Origin: an uncultured Phycisphaerales bacterium
Lineage (GTDB): Bacteria; Planctomycetota; Phycisphaerae; Sedimentisphaerales; Anaerobacaceae
DNA length: 64,000 nt
Assembly (NCBI GenBank): GCA_963772725.1
Contig: CAVYYI010000004.1
Location: 288,001-352,000 of the forward strand
Direction of reading: 5' to 3'
Of this stretch, positions 39,064 through 51,198 are shown one piece after another (within the stretch, counting starts at the first letter, position 1; every line of letters begins with the position of its first letter). The notes under the pieces are model-generated. The model was not told the origin of the DNA, did not search any database, and saw only the letters and a program-made list of their open reading frames with translations. The position numbers and the translations under genes were made by a program.

Positions 39064-42000
39064 TTAATACTGGGCTTTGATAACGACCGGGCCAAGCAGT
39101 CCTGCCGGTTGCGGCTTCTGAGCCCTGATCGCAGGACTTGCAGTCCATGTAAGACGCTGTTCCTTGGGAAGCTTCTGGTCGGCAAGGAGACGATTAATCC
39201 AGGTGTTTACGACTTCAATCTCCAGCTTGTTGTTACCCGTTTTGATGGCTGAGGTTACTTCGATTCGCCACGGGCTGGTCCAAACCACACCAATATCAGT
39301 GCCGTTGAGATGTACCTGTGCCAGACTGCTGACCTCGCCCAATTCCATGTATATGTGTTGGCCAGACGTAAAGGCAGGCATATCAAATTCCTTAGTGTAG
39401 AACGCGCTGCCGCTGTAGTTGCGAATCTGTTCTTCTGGCCTTTTGAGCCAGTCCGTCAACTGTTCAAAGTTCACACTGGACTCCGGACCGCCCCAACGCG
39501 GATCGAACTTCACAGTCCACGGGCCTTTTAGCGGCCACTTCTTTCAGGGGTGGAAAGTTTCTGCCGCTGCCCTGCTTTTGGGTTGGCTGACGGAAGATTA
39601 CGAATAGCGACTGTCGTGGTGCAAACTCCAGCGGCACAATCGTCCGACCGTTTTCCTGCCGGAACTCCGGCAGGATTCGATGCTCGCTGGTTACTGCATC
39701 CCACAATTCAGGTTGCCGCCCCGCAACTCGGAATGACGGAGCGACTGATACCATCTGGTCCGCCTGGTTGGAGATGTAGTAAATCTCACCCTCAGGCGTA
39801 ATCCGGTGAATCCAAGGCAGAACAGCTCCATCCAGCCCTGTCCACAGCTTTGCCTGCACATTATTTAATCCGGTTATATCTGGTGAAACTTCCAGTCGAT
39901 TCATCGCATCTTGCACACTGATGCCCCAAAATACGCGGCCCTTGCCAAAATTTCCTTCGGTTGTTGTCTTGCCATCAACCTTGCCCCAAATCTTTTGAGC
40001 CATCTTTTGAACCTCAAGGTCAGCCTTGGGGTAATTTTGCATACTTGGTGAACGTTTCGGCGGCTGTCCCATCACCGCTCCGCCAGAAGCCACCAGGTCT
40101 CGCAGCTTCAGCAGCAACTCCGGCCGCATTGTTTCCAATGGCGGAAGCACAAGCAGCCGATAGGACATTCCATCCGGCAGGACAAAACGACCGTCCTTAA
40201 CCTGCAGACGCTCTCGAATTACTTCCCCATTTATGTAGTCGCAAGCATACCCCAGAGGCAATTCCGGCTGACGGATGCCGCTCATTTTAGGAGCATCTTC
40301 TCCGATGAAATAAGCCACGTCAGCCGCATAGTGTCCCTGCTGCAGCAAAAATTGACTGCGCCGGAAATAATCAGCCCAAGCCTTGCCTTTTTCAAACCAC
40401 GTGTTGTAGCGATTGAACTCCGTGCCAAACCACGAGTTCATCCCCGGTTTTTTATCATACGGCTGATGGACAACGAAGTGTAATACGTAATGGTTAACGC
40501 CGAGCGTATGCTGCAAATCGCCAGAGCTTTCAATGTCCAGGGGTACTGCATAAAACCATAGGAAGGTGTGCCGGTAAACGCTTCGGCAGATACAATCCGT
40601 TTGCCGTAAATATGCGCCGACGAAGCCGCCGCCAGAACCTCCATGTCCCCATGCTTGGGATTAATCCAGAATTCTCCGCCTACTCCATCTGCCTGCCCTC
40701 CACACTGCAAAAACTCTGCGGGATAGCCATAGTGACCGTAGGGTTCCAGCCACAGCTTGAACCCGTAACGATGTCCGATGTCACGGAAGCTTCCGTATGT
40801 GCGTGCCACCATGTCTGCTACCAGCCGCCGCATGTCCCACAAGAAGCGGTTGGACTGGTCAACGCTGCACACTAACCGCCCGGTCATTACCGCAAGCCAT
40901 AGGGCGCGGGTCATACCCGTACGCCTTTATAAACTCTTTTTCAAAACCGTCTGTCCAGTTTTCGGAACCTGTCTCATAGCTGTCGATAATAAAACCGCGT
41001 AATGCCGTTCGCTCTTTGGCGGGCATTCGCTCTACAAGTTTGCCGACGTAGGCATCGAAGTGCGATTGCATTGCCGCGGCACTCATTTTATCTACTTCCA
41101 GACCCGAGCCTTCACGAGAGGCAGGACGATTCTTCACACCTGTCGGCTTCATCACTGCCCTGACAATTATCCACTCGCCCTGAGGCACGTCCCACTTAAG
41201 CGTTCCATCCGGAGTCATTTTCCCGCTCAGGTTCACAATCTGCTCCGGCGCAATACTAAATTGAGATGATTCAGGCTCCAGCTCCCGGCAGATACAGATA
41301 ATAATCCCATGGCGGTTGGATGCCGGAAAACATTTTACCCATCTGTTTCTCAATATAGCGGTCAAGCCTTGCTGCCCCGGACAACTCTATCTCTGCTATC
41401 GCTACAATTTTCTGGTTCGTCTGCACCTTGAAGTTTTTCATAACCAATTGGAAGTGACGCGATGTCTGGGCAGTGAAAGCGGTTGCTACTGGTCCTCGCG
41501 GCATCGGTCCGGTTGACTCACTAAAATTCGCCCGTTCGAATTTGAATTTTTGTACACTGTGAAGATTCCCATCATTACCCTCAGCCAGCAACTCGCAATC
41601 GGCGTCGAATGCAGGTTTCATCCGGTCATGCTCCACTGCACGCGACGGTGGGCGAATTGTAAGACTGCGGGCGGTAAATGGCTGCGGCAGGGTAATATTT
41701 ATTACCACCTCAAACTTTTTGTCCGTCAACACTTGGATATTCGCTGCGGTCTCCTGTTTACCATCGACCAGCATTTGGGCGTTTTCCACGGCTGGCGAGC
41801 AGGTAATCGTCGGTAAGTGCAGGGAAACGGTATCAGTATCGCTCCGGGGTGCAGGAAATGCTATCACCGCCACATCCTGCACCAAGTCCTCCGGCACAGG
41901 CTTTTCCGGCGGTGAAATCCGCTCCGGTTCGGCCAGTTTCCCTTCGAATTTCGCCGAGCCTTTCACGCGACGCTCGGTACAATTAATATAACGCATCGAC

Positions 42001-42382
42001 TGTTCGGGCTTGACCCACGGCCCGCCAATTTGGCTCCACCCTGGACAATTGAACAGCGATATCTCTACGCCTATCCGTTTACCCTCGCGCACGGCGTGTT
42101 CAAGCATCCCGAAATATTCATCACTCAGGTCTTTCGAGCCGCGTTCGATGTCGCCGCGGTTAATGTCGCCGATCGAGCACGGCCAATACCAAATTGCTTC
42201 ATCGCTTCTATGTCTTTGGTGATGCCTTCCTTGGAGATGTGGCCGGAAAGCCAGTACCAATAGCACCATGGCTTTGTTTCCTCGGGCGGCGAAATAAAAT
42301 TCTTCTCCAAATCATCAGCTCTGACCGCCATTGCAATCAGCACATACAATAATAACATAAGGATTAGTGTCTTTTTATTCAT
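39064..42382 (-). CDS. Secreted glycoside hydrolase, GH106 (alpha-L-rhamnosidase-like); at least 5 frameshifts
   Basis: Six consecutive frames: KPWCYWYWLSGHISKEGITKDIEAMK, NCPGWSQIGGPWVKPEQSM, GLEVDKMS...IDSYE, GGEFW...SAEAFT, VHQP...YFRRSQFLLQQG, EVVNTWINRL...GLLGPV. Confidence 0.85.
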
Positions 42383-42474
42383 AACTGGTCTCCTATGTTT
42401 ATATCCGGCTCTTGATTGAAAAAAACTGTTTTTTAAAATTCAAAAAACGCATTATACCGGATAAACAGTATGCA

Positions 42475-45343
42475 TTAAAGATTCTGTGGTGTAAATCTGA
42501 AAAGTTTTTTTATCGCCGAGGAGTTTAATTTTGAAGGCGGGTCGAATTTTTTACTGCCCATATAATTCACGAGACTGTATAGAAGCTGTCTTGCTTCAGG
42601 CTTATCGCGAAGCGTCAGCAAATCTATCGAGCAGAAAAGCAATTTGCCGTTATCCACTTTCGCCTCAAATATCAGGCCTAATTTATAGTTGCGGTCGAAA
42701 TTATCGACGACCTGAACCAGCGGACGAAAATCAGTGGGGGTCTGGTCGAGGATAACAGGCCGAGAGTTTTTCACAAGATGCCACCATTGCCAGTTACTGT
42801 GAAAGTCGGTTGGAAAATCGGCAAAGAGAGGGTGTTTCGGGTCACATAGTATGCCGAGTGTCCCCGGCGGGTCGAGAGACTTGAAAAGCGGATAAGTGCA
42901 GAAATCCGTAATAAAAGTTCCCTGTATGCTCTTATCCAGCATATAAGGGTCGGGCAGCAGCAATACACTTGCCTTTTTGCAAAGCTCCTTCAACGGAGTT
43001 ATCGAAAACCCTGCTGATTGTTACACCATTCGGAATCCTGAAATCAACTTTTGCCGGATAGACCCATATATTATAGTGATTAACGAAACTCGTATTCTTT
43101 ATCTCGATTTCGAGAGTAAGTTTTTGCGGGGCGCTGACTTTGTGGAGCGGTATGGAAATCTGACCGAGATTGCAGAGCCTGCCGTTGGGAATATCGACTT
43201 TGGGCAGTTTGCCGGATGCCAGTTCAGAGCCTTTATCGTCTCGCAGTACCCAGCAGGGAAGAGCCTGCTTTATAATGGCCGGGCCGTAATGTGCAATTTT
43301 TACCTGGGCATTGAAAGTTTCATTTGTCGTCCATGTGTATTTTGGCATAAGAATAAGCGGAACAGTCTCGGAGCAAAATTCCCGCCAGGCTTTGGGTGTA
43401 ATAAATCCTTTCGAATCCATAAAAGAATTCAGCATACCATCCAGAACAGTTCCATGCCCTGGCATATCCTGCAAGTCAAGAAGGTGGAAGCCGCCAAAGC
43501 CTGGTGTCCGCAACGCTGCCTCTATATCTTCGCGGTAACACAGCTCAGCGAGCATTCCCGAAGCGCGAAAGAAATCGTCGGCCTGGTCGAGCATATGTTT
43601 TTCTTTCAGTCTGTTGCGGAAAACCTCAAAACTTCTCGCACGTAACACGCCGGTGTATTTTTCTATTTCTCTGAAATCTGGATATACCTCGTACTGACCG
43701 ATTTCGTGTCCAATTATGGGAATGTTAATACCTTCGATTGAATTTGTGTAATCGACTGTCGTCGAAAGGGAGATGTTGTTGATATGGCCGAGATACGGAT
43801 GGGCCATTGAGCCGCGGACGAGATTGATGCCGAGAACGACCTTTCCACCGGCCCTGGCAGTGGAGGATGTTGTCCAGAAGTCGTCACCTTCAGCCTGCTT
43901 GGGTGTACTCAATGAATTATTTGAACCCTGAGCGTAAAGATGCCTGGGGTCTATCTCTCTAAAATGTTTGACCATTTTTGCCATAACGCCGCTGTCGCCA
44001 GCCAGTTCATTGCCGAGCGTGAACATAACAAACGAAGGATGACTGCCGTAGTTTTTAAGAATGCGTTCGCCCTCAGCCAGTTGATATTCATTGCGTTCCA
44101 TCTGCGCGGTTTTTGTCGTACCAGGCAGTTCCACCTGCATAACGTGCGTTGAGTTAGGCAGTTCCGGCTGGAGATACATACCAAGTTCATCGGCTGCCTT
44201 AAAGGCCGCTTCCGGCGGACACCAGCTATGAAAACGATACAGGTTGATGCCATAAGATTTGGCGATTTTGAAAACACGCAGCCAACTATTTATATCCATC
44301 GGCGAATAGCCGGTTAGCGGAAAAACGCAGGCATCGTGTTTGCCTCTGAGAAAAATGGTTTTGCCGTTGATAGAAAATTGGGTGCCGTTTGCACGGAAAT
44401 CACGCAGGCCGAAAGTTGTATCACGGCTATCGGCATAATGACTTTCATCGGTTTTAGCGTCAAGTCTGCACTTTAAGATTATACAGAACAGGCGAAAATT
44501 CGTCCCAGAGAAAACTGTTTTTACCAAAAGAATATTCCGCTTCAACTACCTGCGAATCCTTTTTGCTCTTAAAGTCAATTGTCATCGCTTTTAGCTGATG
44601 TGCTTTTTCGGTATTGCAGCTTTTAGCCTCAAGAGTTATCCTGCCGGTAGCGGCTTTACCTGTAACATTGCCTATTGTCAGGCGGATTTTGACCTTGCTT
44701 TTGTTTATATCCGGATACACCTGGATATCATCGAGCCATATTTTATCTGTCGCTATAAGTTCGAGCTGGCCGATGATACCGTTCCAATTCGTCTGTGTTT
44801 CTTCTATAAAAGCGTGAGACCTGCCGACTGGAAATAAATTAGGTTCGTTGTTAACCTGGATGGTCAATATATGGTTACCGGGTCTCATCGCATCTGTTAC
44901 GTCATAGGTATGAGGTGCACAAAGGCTTTTTTGACTGCCAAACGACTGGGAATCAACCCATACGGTTGTTTGTTTTGTCCGTTCGAGAAAAAGGATTATT
45001 CTCTTGTCTTTCCATCCGTCCGGTATTTCGACCTGACGCTGATACCAGGCTGGTCCCTGATAAATATACAGCCTGCTCAGGCGTTCTGTGATTTTGCTTG
45101 TCATTTTTTGTTCCTTTTTGGTTTTCGTCGGTTGTCCCCGGCAGCTCTGACATTTTCGGGCAGCTTCTTTTCATACCATTTTTCTGTTATGCCCTGTTCA
45201 TTGGCATCGAGCGCAAAATCCCATTGGCCTGCCAGCGGGATAGCCTCCCTGTCATATCCAGAACAGACTGCGGGATTCAAAGTCAGACAAAGACAAATAA
45301 AAAACGCAGTTACCGCACAGGCTCTTGTATTGAAATTGCACAT
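42475..45343 (-). CDS. Secreted glycoside hydrolase, GH2 family; at least 4 frameshifts
   Basis: LAGQWDFALD, GPAWYQR, TQTNWNGIIG, FLRGKHDACVFPLTGY, RFHSWCPPEAAF, HPSFVMFTLGNEL, HEIGQY. Confidence 0.85.
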
Positions 45344-45358
45344 CTCTTTAGTCTCCTT

Positions 45359-46678
45359 TTACCGATTATAATTACTGATTTCTTCCCTGGCAATACGACA
45401 CCACTGAACCAAATTTTCAGGATGGTTTGCTATAGTATGATTATCTTTCATGATTATTTCAACAACACAGTTTTTGGTGATTTCAAGATTCCGCCGCAGG
45501 TTTTCTCGGATTTGTTCGAAATTCGGCTCCGCTACTGCCAAATCGGCTGGGTTGACTTTCATGGAAAAGATATAATCTTTTTTCAGATATTCAGCCATTT
45601 TTTCATAATCTGCCCATGGAGAGCATGAAACTCGCCGCAGATTATGATGCTTTTTAACGATATCCCATCGACTATTGAGCGGCTCACAGCAGCCGTAGCA
45701 GGTCAGGCCGAATCGCTCCATAATAGGTTTTTCGTATGGGTAGATAAAAGCCTCGTACAACTCCGGCGAAATTCCAACCGTTTCCTGGCTTTCGGTAAAT
45801 CCCCACATGTCCTTGCATCGAACTAAGCCTGAATAATCTTTTGCAGGCAGCTTGTCCGTAAGACCGTATCCGCCCGACCCGACATAAGTACCATCATTAT
45901 TTAAACTAAGCAAACCTTTCTGTTCGAGCCAGTCCAGTTTTCGCAAAAAGCCTGACGATATTCTACTGAGCAATTCTTTAGTCTCATCAGGATAGTCATA
46001 AAAATCATACATCATTTTTTCCAGGCCGCGTAAAAATACGAAAGGCATGGTAAGACCCAGTGACCACCACCACGTTCCCTTCAGACGAACTTTCAGTATG
46101 TCTCCAAACACACATTTTGTTTCTGATAAACAAGCGTTCGTAGTATCCCAATCTATCTGCGGTTCTTTAAGATGAATTTTGCCAAGGTCGGTTTTATAAT
46201 CCTTGAGGGGGCTATCCCAGCGGGCTGCTCCATCAATTTGTGTTTTTTCAAATGCTACCGCCAATCCCCAATCATCGGGCTTTACGGTATATGGCACATC
46301 GAAAAAATTTTCGATTGGCGTATCGTCCTGCATTTCATCGTTGCTGAAAATCTTCTTGCGCAAAAGCATTTCCCAGCGTTGAGCCAGCAGACCCGAACAT
46401 CGCATTTCAGCATCAGTGATAATCTCATTCCATCCGTTTTCCGGGTCGCAGAAAAAAACCGGACGGACGGGCTTAAGGCCGTTCAGCGATTTCCATGCCC
46501 GACAGATTTCATTCATTCGTCCAGAAGAAGCGATTTCAGCTACCTTCTCTGCCAACGGACGCAAAATTGCGGAATCTGAATCGCTGATTTTCATATCTTT
46601 TGGAACAAAACCTGTTTCAATGGCTCCTGAAGCTGTCTGATTTATACCGGTTGATTTCCCCTGACCATAATGCTGCAT
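45359..46678 (-). CDS. Hypothetical protein, probable URO-D/MtaA-like TIM-barrel superfamily
   Basis: LRGLEKMMYDFYDYP, SPELYEAFIYPYEK, CYGCCEPL, RRVSCSPWAD resemble the URO-D/CIMS-like C-terminal domain. Confidence 0.65.
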   Translation of the reverse strand: MQHYGQGKSTGINQTASGAIETGFVPKDMKISDSDSAILRPLAEKVAEIASSGRMNEICRAWKSLNGLKPVRPVFFCDPENGWNEIITDAEMRCSGLLAQRWEMLLRKKIFSNDEMQDDTPIENFFDVPYTVKPDDWGLAVAFEKTQIDGAARWDSPLKDYKTDLGKIHLKEPQIDWDTTNACLSETKCVFGDILKVRLKGTWWWSLGLTMPFVFLRGLEKMMYDFYDYPDETKELLSRISSGFLRKLDWLEQKGLLSLNNDGTYVGSGGYGLTDKLPAKDYSGLVRCKDMWGFTESQETVGISPELYEAFIYPYEKPIMERFGLTCYGCCEPLNSRWDIVKKHHNLRRVSCSPWADYEKMAEYLKKDYIFSMKVNPADLAVAEPNFEQIRENLRRNLEITKNCVVEIIMKDNHTIANHPENLVQWCRIAREEISNYNR

Positions 46679-46696
46679 TACAAAACTTCCTTTTTA

Positions 46697-48298
46697 TTAA
46701 CGCATCAAATACCAAAGTATTGTGGTGATACCAACTACAAGCGCAAGCCATAAACGATAGTCCTGCAATAAGCCAAGTTTTGGCTGCAGAACCTGCTCTT
46801 CCTTCTGTCGATTCCAGTTATAGGTGGTATGAACCAGCTTTTCAGCAGGTTCAGGTGATGTCAGCAGGGATATGAATATCATAACAAATAAACACACAAG
46901 GAACTGTAAAATCGCACCGTGCAGGAATGGTTGAATCAGCGGATGGCCCATGAATGGCAAATAATCTTGAAGGAAATGTTTTTGCGTATCAATCATCATA
47001 ATTGGAGAAATAATAAATGCCGTTATCATACAGGCCATCACTCCAATGGTATTGGTACGCTTCCATAAAACAGCCATGAAAAAGATACCGGCAAACGGCA
47101 TCATAAGATAGGCCTGTACCATTTGAAGGTAAACGAACAGCGACTTGAATTGGCCAATAATAGGCGCCCATAATGCCCCGAGAACAAATATCGTAAGCAC
47201 CGCTATTCGTCCCACCATGACCTGCTGGTTTTGCGAAGCTTTAGGACGTATTTTAAGGAAAAAGTCTCGCGTGAACAGCGTCGATACCGAATTGTAGGTC
47301 GCACTGATATGCCCCATTAAAGCAGCAGCAATCCCCGCTATGGTCAGCCCAAGTAGGCCGGTTGGCATGAGATTCTTAAGCAATGTAGTATAAGCCTGGT
47401 CTGGTTTATCGATATCCGGATACAATGCTTTCGCTATCAGACCGGGCAGCACAAGCAGAAAAGGTGTGCTTAATTTGAGAGATGCGCAAAACACCGCACC
47501 AAGTCTCCCTTCATTCAGACTCTTGGCTGCAAACACCCTTTGTACAAGTACCTGGTCCATTGACCAGTAAAAACTTCCTAACAGAAATACCCCGAAAAAC
47601 ATACCAGGCCAGGGTACATCAGGATGCGTGGCAGGCTTAATCATCTCGAACATTCCAGAATCTAATTTCGCATGAAGGCCATTCCATCCGCCTACATGAT
47701 GCAGCCCAAGGACAGTCAGAATTATGGCCGCAATCAAAAGTACTGTTGTCTGGATTGCATCTGTATATACAACTGCACTCAACCCGCCTTTCATTGTATA
47801 TATTGCGGTTATCAACCCCACAACCCAGATTACCGTCATTTTATCCCAGCCGAGAATCTCTGAAAACACAATCGATGAAGCCCAGAGTGAAATGGAAATT
47901 TTTGTCAAAACAGAAAGAATTATCATCATAGCGGAAAACAGCAACCGCACACTTGGCCCAAAGCGTTTTTCAAGAAATTCGGGAACGGTGTATATCTTGT
48001 TTTTAATATAAAATGGAAGAAACAGTAAAACCAAAGGAATCAGGCAATACACCGCCATCCATTCGAAACCACCGAAGGCCATCCCTACTGCAAAGCCGCT
48101 TCCTGCCAGCCCAACAATATGTTCAGCGGATATGTTTGAAGCGAAAAGTGAGGCGCCGATAAATGGCCATCTGAGTTTGCGACCTGCAAGAAAATAACCC
48201 TCACTGGTATCTTGACGTTTAACAATATACAAGCCGATAACCAGAATAACAGCAACATAAATTGCAATTATAAACCAATCCAAAAAGTGAAGCGTCAT
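46697..48298 (-). CDS. Sodium:solute symporter (SSS, SGLT-like)
   Basis: YFLAGR, SLFASNISAEHIVGLAGSG, YTVPEFLEKRF, GGLSAVVYTD, DQVLVQRVFAAKS. Confidence 0.93.
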   Translation of the reverse strand: MTLHFLDWFIIAIYVAVILVIGLYIVKRQDTSEGYFLAGRKLRWPFIGASLFASNISAEHIVGLAGSGFAVGMAFGGFEWMAVYCLIPLVLLFLPFYIKNKIYTVPEFLEKRFGPSVRLLFSAMMIILSVLTKISISLWASSIVFSEILGWDKMTVIWVVGLITAIYTMKGGLSAVVYTDAIQTTVLLIAAIILTVLGLHHVGGWNGLHAKLDSGMFEMIKPATHPDVPWPGMFFGVFLLGSFYWSMDQVLVQRVFAAKSLNEGRLGAVFCASLKLSTPFLLVLPGLIAKALYPDIDKPDQAYTTLLKNLMPTGLLGLTIAGIAAALMGHISATYNSVSTLFTRDFFLKIRPKASQNQQVMVGRIAVLTIFVLGALWAPIIGQFKSLFVYLQMVQAYLMMPFAGIFFMAVLWKRTNTIGVMACMITAFIISPIMMIDTQKHFLQDYLPFMGHPLIQPFLHGAILQFLVCLFVMIFISLLTSPEPAEKLVHTTYNWNRQKEEQVLQPKLGLLQDYRLWLALVVGITTILWYLMR

Positions 48299-48553
48299 TT
48301 GGTATTTCCCATATTAAACGCCTGGCTACACAGCCAAGCCATTATGATTCAACAGCGATATTAAACACAATTACAATTACAGCAAGTCCCAAACCGATTT
48401 TCTTGTACTAAAAACCAATTTCTATTATATATTAGCACAATAGGACAAAGAAAACATAACACTTTTCTTTTATAGATATTTGAGGTCTCTGAAAACTGTC
48501 ATAATTGAGGAAAAAAACAATAACCTCGTATTAAGGCAAGTGCAATTTAATGA

Positions 48554-49645
48554 CTATTCCAGCGGTATATGAACATTGAATGAATCGTTTTGGTCCACAT
48601 TAGCGGCACAAAAGAGTACCCTGGGCTTTCCATTCTCAAACCAAAGCTGAGGTCTTTCAAGGCGAGCTAACTGCTGAATCTGGCCGTTGTCCCAGCGTAT
48701 CTGCGGCGTTGAGACAAGCGGATGAGGTGCAACAGTCCAGTCAAATCCATTGTGCGATTCAAAGAGAACCAGGGCCTGTCCTGCTTTTGTAAAGTATCCA
48801 CGCATATCTTTAACGATAGCATAGTAGCGGTCACTGACGTACCAGATAAACGGGTCTTCAGCGGGAAACTTTGCTCCTTCTTTTGTGAAGATTGGATAAG
48901 GACGTTTGACAAATGGCCCCAGAGGCGAATCCGAAGTGGCTGCCACATGAACAACCGGGCCGCCAAAAGGCAGTTTACCTTTATCTCCGACCGCTTTATA
49001 AACCATCAGGTAGCCTCCGTCGGGCCGCTGCGTAATACTCGGATTGGAGCAGCAAAGGGCATCATAAAATCCGGGGGTCACATCGATGAGCGGTTTATCA
49101 AAGCGTTTCCATGGCCCGTTTGGGTCATCGGCTACCGCAACCCCAATACGCTGGTGATTACGATTGTCCCAGTAGCTTAAATTGCCGGTATTACCCATGT
49201 AATACAGATAGTACTTATCGCTAAATTTATGTATGGTAGGATTGTGGGTACACAGGCCGTCCCAGAAATCCTTTCCCCGTTTAGGAAGAGCGATATTGAC
49301 ATGGTGATACGGGCCAAGAGGAGTATCAGCTACTGCGTGAGCCACCTCAGAATGTGTGGCCCATGCACCAAAACCAAGCTTGCGCGGCCAGCGGGAGTAA
49401 AACAAATGATATTTTCCTTTTTCGTCCGCCACCATACTGCCGCACCAGATGTAGTAATTTGGGTCTATAAATTTGGCATAAGCAGGAACCGGTTTTATCA
49501 ATGACTGCAGGTCCAAGTTGCTTTTCTGAGCAGTATCTTCCGCAGTCAAGGCAGTGGTGATGCTCTGCGTTTTTTTACAGCCTGAAAGGATAAAAGCTAA
49601 AAAGAGAATAGATACTAAAATTATGCCGAGAAATTTTCTTGTCAT
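48554..49645 (-). CDS. Lipoprotein glycoside hydrolase, five-bladed beta-propeller (GH43/clan F-like)
   Basis: Lipobox ILSGC; YHLFYSRWP, THNPTI, RIGVAVADDPNGPW, SNPS, EDPFIW, RLERPQL. Confidence 0.8.
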   Translation of the reverse strand: MTRKFLGIILVSILFLAFILSGCKKTQSITTALTAEDTAQKSNLDLQSLIKPVPAYAKFIDPNYYIWCGSMVADEKGKYHLFYSRWPRKLGFGAWATHSEVAHAVADTPLGPYHHVNIALPKRGKDFWDGLCTHNPTIHKFSDKYYLYYMGNTGNLSYWDNRNHQRIGVAVADDPNGPWKRFDKPLIDVTPGFYDALCCSNPSITQRPDGGYLMVYKAVGDKGKLPFGGPVVHVAATSDSPLGPFVKRPYPIFTKEGAKFPAEDPFIWYVSDRYYAIVKDMRGYFTKAGQALVLFESHNGFDWTVAPHPLVSTPQIRWDNGQIQQLARLERPQLWFENGKPRVLFCAANVDQNDSFNVHIPLE

Positions 49646-50154
49646 TTGCCTGTTCCTTAAATTGATTTCCCTAAATTTAATCTGAATCGCAGCACACAGG
49701 TTTACTCCCGAAGACCGCTGTTGGATTTCAATAGTTTAAACATTTTCGCAGTCTATTATTCGATAATTCCAACGTGATTTCAACATCTATTTGTTCAAAC
49801 TTGGGGGTTTTGACGGAGATTTAGGGAGATGGTTCACTCAAGGCGCACTCCTAACGAAAACCAACACAAAGACTTAACTTAAATTTCGGTTTACTCATAG
49901 TCCTCCACATTTTTTACAAGTTTCCGCAGAATCAAATTCAAAACAACACCTTGTCAGCACTGCAGTATTAAAATTCTTGCCTTATAGTTCCCTGATTTTA
50001 ATATCCTTGTATTGCTTGTTTTTCGCCATAGATAAATATTCTCCCGATTATGCTCCTGACATATTAAAAAAAAGGGGATTTGGATATTGCCCTCTGTTGT
50101 TAAAAAAAGTGTATTTGTGAACGATGTTCCGGCTGTGGCGTTTTATGATGAAGA

Positions 50155-51198
50155 TTATTCTTCTGATACAAAATCCACTTTAGCATCTTGCGGGTGATGG
50201 ACCAGTCGAGTGAACCAGTCATCAGGCAGTGGTGTTTGATTTTTAAGTTCAATAACCAGTCTCTTTGGGGAGAGGTCGCCTTGGAGGTGAATGCCGGCAA
50301 ACTCGATTCGCAGCAAAAGACCTGTATCAGCATCTGCCCATATCTCAATATTTTTTGGCCCAGGAAAATCTTTGCTGATTTTTTGTGCATCCAGATATTT
50401 TGTGGAGCTGTTTTGCTTCTGGTCATCAGTAATATCTTCGAGGTATTTGATCTTGTAATGGTCGCGTATCTGCAGGAGAGTAGCTTTTAAATCAAGTAAT
50501 AATATCGCGGCTAATTCCGGGGGCATTGGGATACGAAATGCCTGCGAGTCATTACTGACCAATATGGGTTTATCAGGTCGAATCATCCATCTTGTTTGGC
50601 CGTCGCTGCCGATTATAAGCGTTTTGCCGGAAGTTGTCTGGCGGTAGAGGACGAACTTGTCGCTGCCGCGAAGATAGAGAGTTGCCCCATCGAGTCCTGC
50701 GCGTTCTCCGGTTCCTTTTGCTTTTTCAGGATTTTGAGGGGGCTGCGTGCGGCGATTGTTTTTTTCGCTATCTATTACTATGAATGAATAGGTGCGATCT
50801 CCGGCACTATCGATGGCGGCTATCATCTTATCAATCGAAGCGGAAGCGGTATTGGTCGGCAGTTGTGTAAACAGGATTGCAAAAGATATTATTATGACAG
50901 CAGCAATACCATAGCGAATAAGTGGTCTGGCTATGTGATAAAACTTTCTCGCAATTTCGGTATGAGTGTTTATCTGCTGCATTACTTTCTGAATCCTGCG
51001 TTCTTTGGCGACTTCATCTTTATCAGCTAATTGCAGCAGCAGCGAATGAACAAGCTGCAATTCAGCTATTCGGTGGGCCTGTTTTGTGTCCAAAGATTTG
51101 CGGATAAGCTCAAAGGATTCAGCCTGTTCAGAATCGAACCATTGGCTTATTAATTCATCAACAACATTATTTTCAGGTTTATTTTGTTCCGTGGTCAT
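50155..51198 (-). CDS. Putative membrane anti-sigma factor with extracytoplasmic LolA-like domain
   Basis: Overlaps the sigma stop; short cytoplasmic N-terminus, one TM helix (IAAVIIISFAILF), C-terminal IEIWADADTGLLLRIEF. Confidence 0.7.
   Translation of the reverse strand: MTTEQNKPENNVVDELISQWFDSEQAESFELIRKSLDTKQAHRIAELQLVHSLLLQLADKDEVAKERRIQKVMQQINTHTEIARKFYHIARPLIRYGIAAVIIISFAILFTQLPTNTASASIDKMIAAIDSAGDRTYSFIVIDSEKNNRRTQPPQNPEKAKGTGERAGLDGATLYLRGSDKFVLYRQTTSGKTLIIGSDGQTRWMIRPDKPILVSNDSQAFRIPMPPELAAILLLDLKATLLQIRDHYKIKYLEDITDDQKQNSSTKYLDAQKISKDFPGPKNIEIWADADTGLLLRIEFAGIHLQGDLSPKRLVIELKNQTPLPDDWFTRLVHHPQDAKVDFVSEE

Noticed and set aside
38778..39185. 135-aa minus-strand ORF
   Set aside because: Overlaps tRNA-Ser antisense and the GH106 end; spurious
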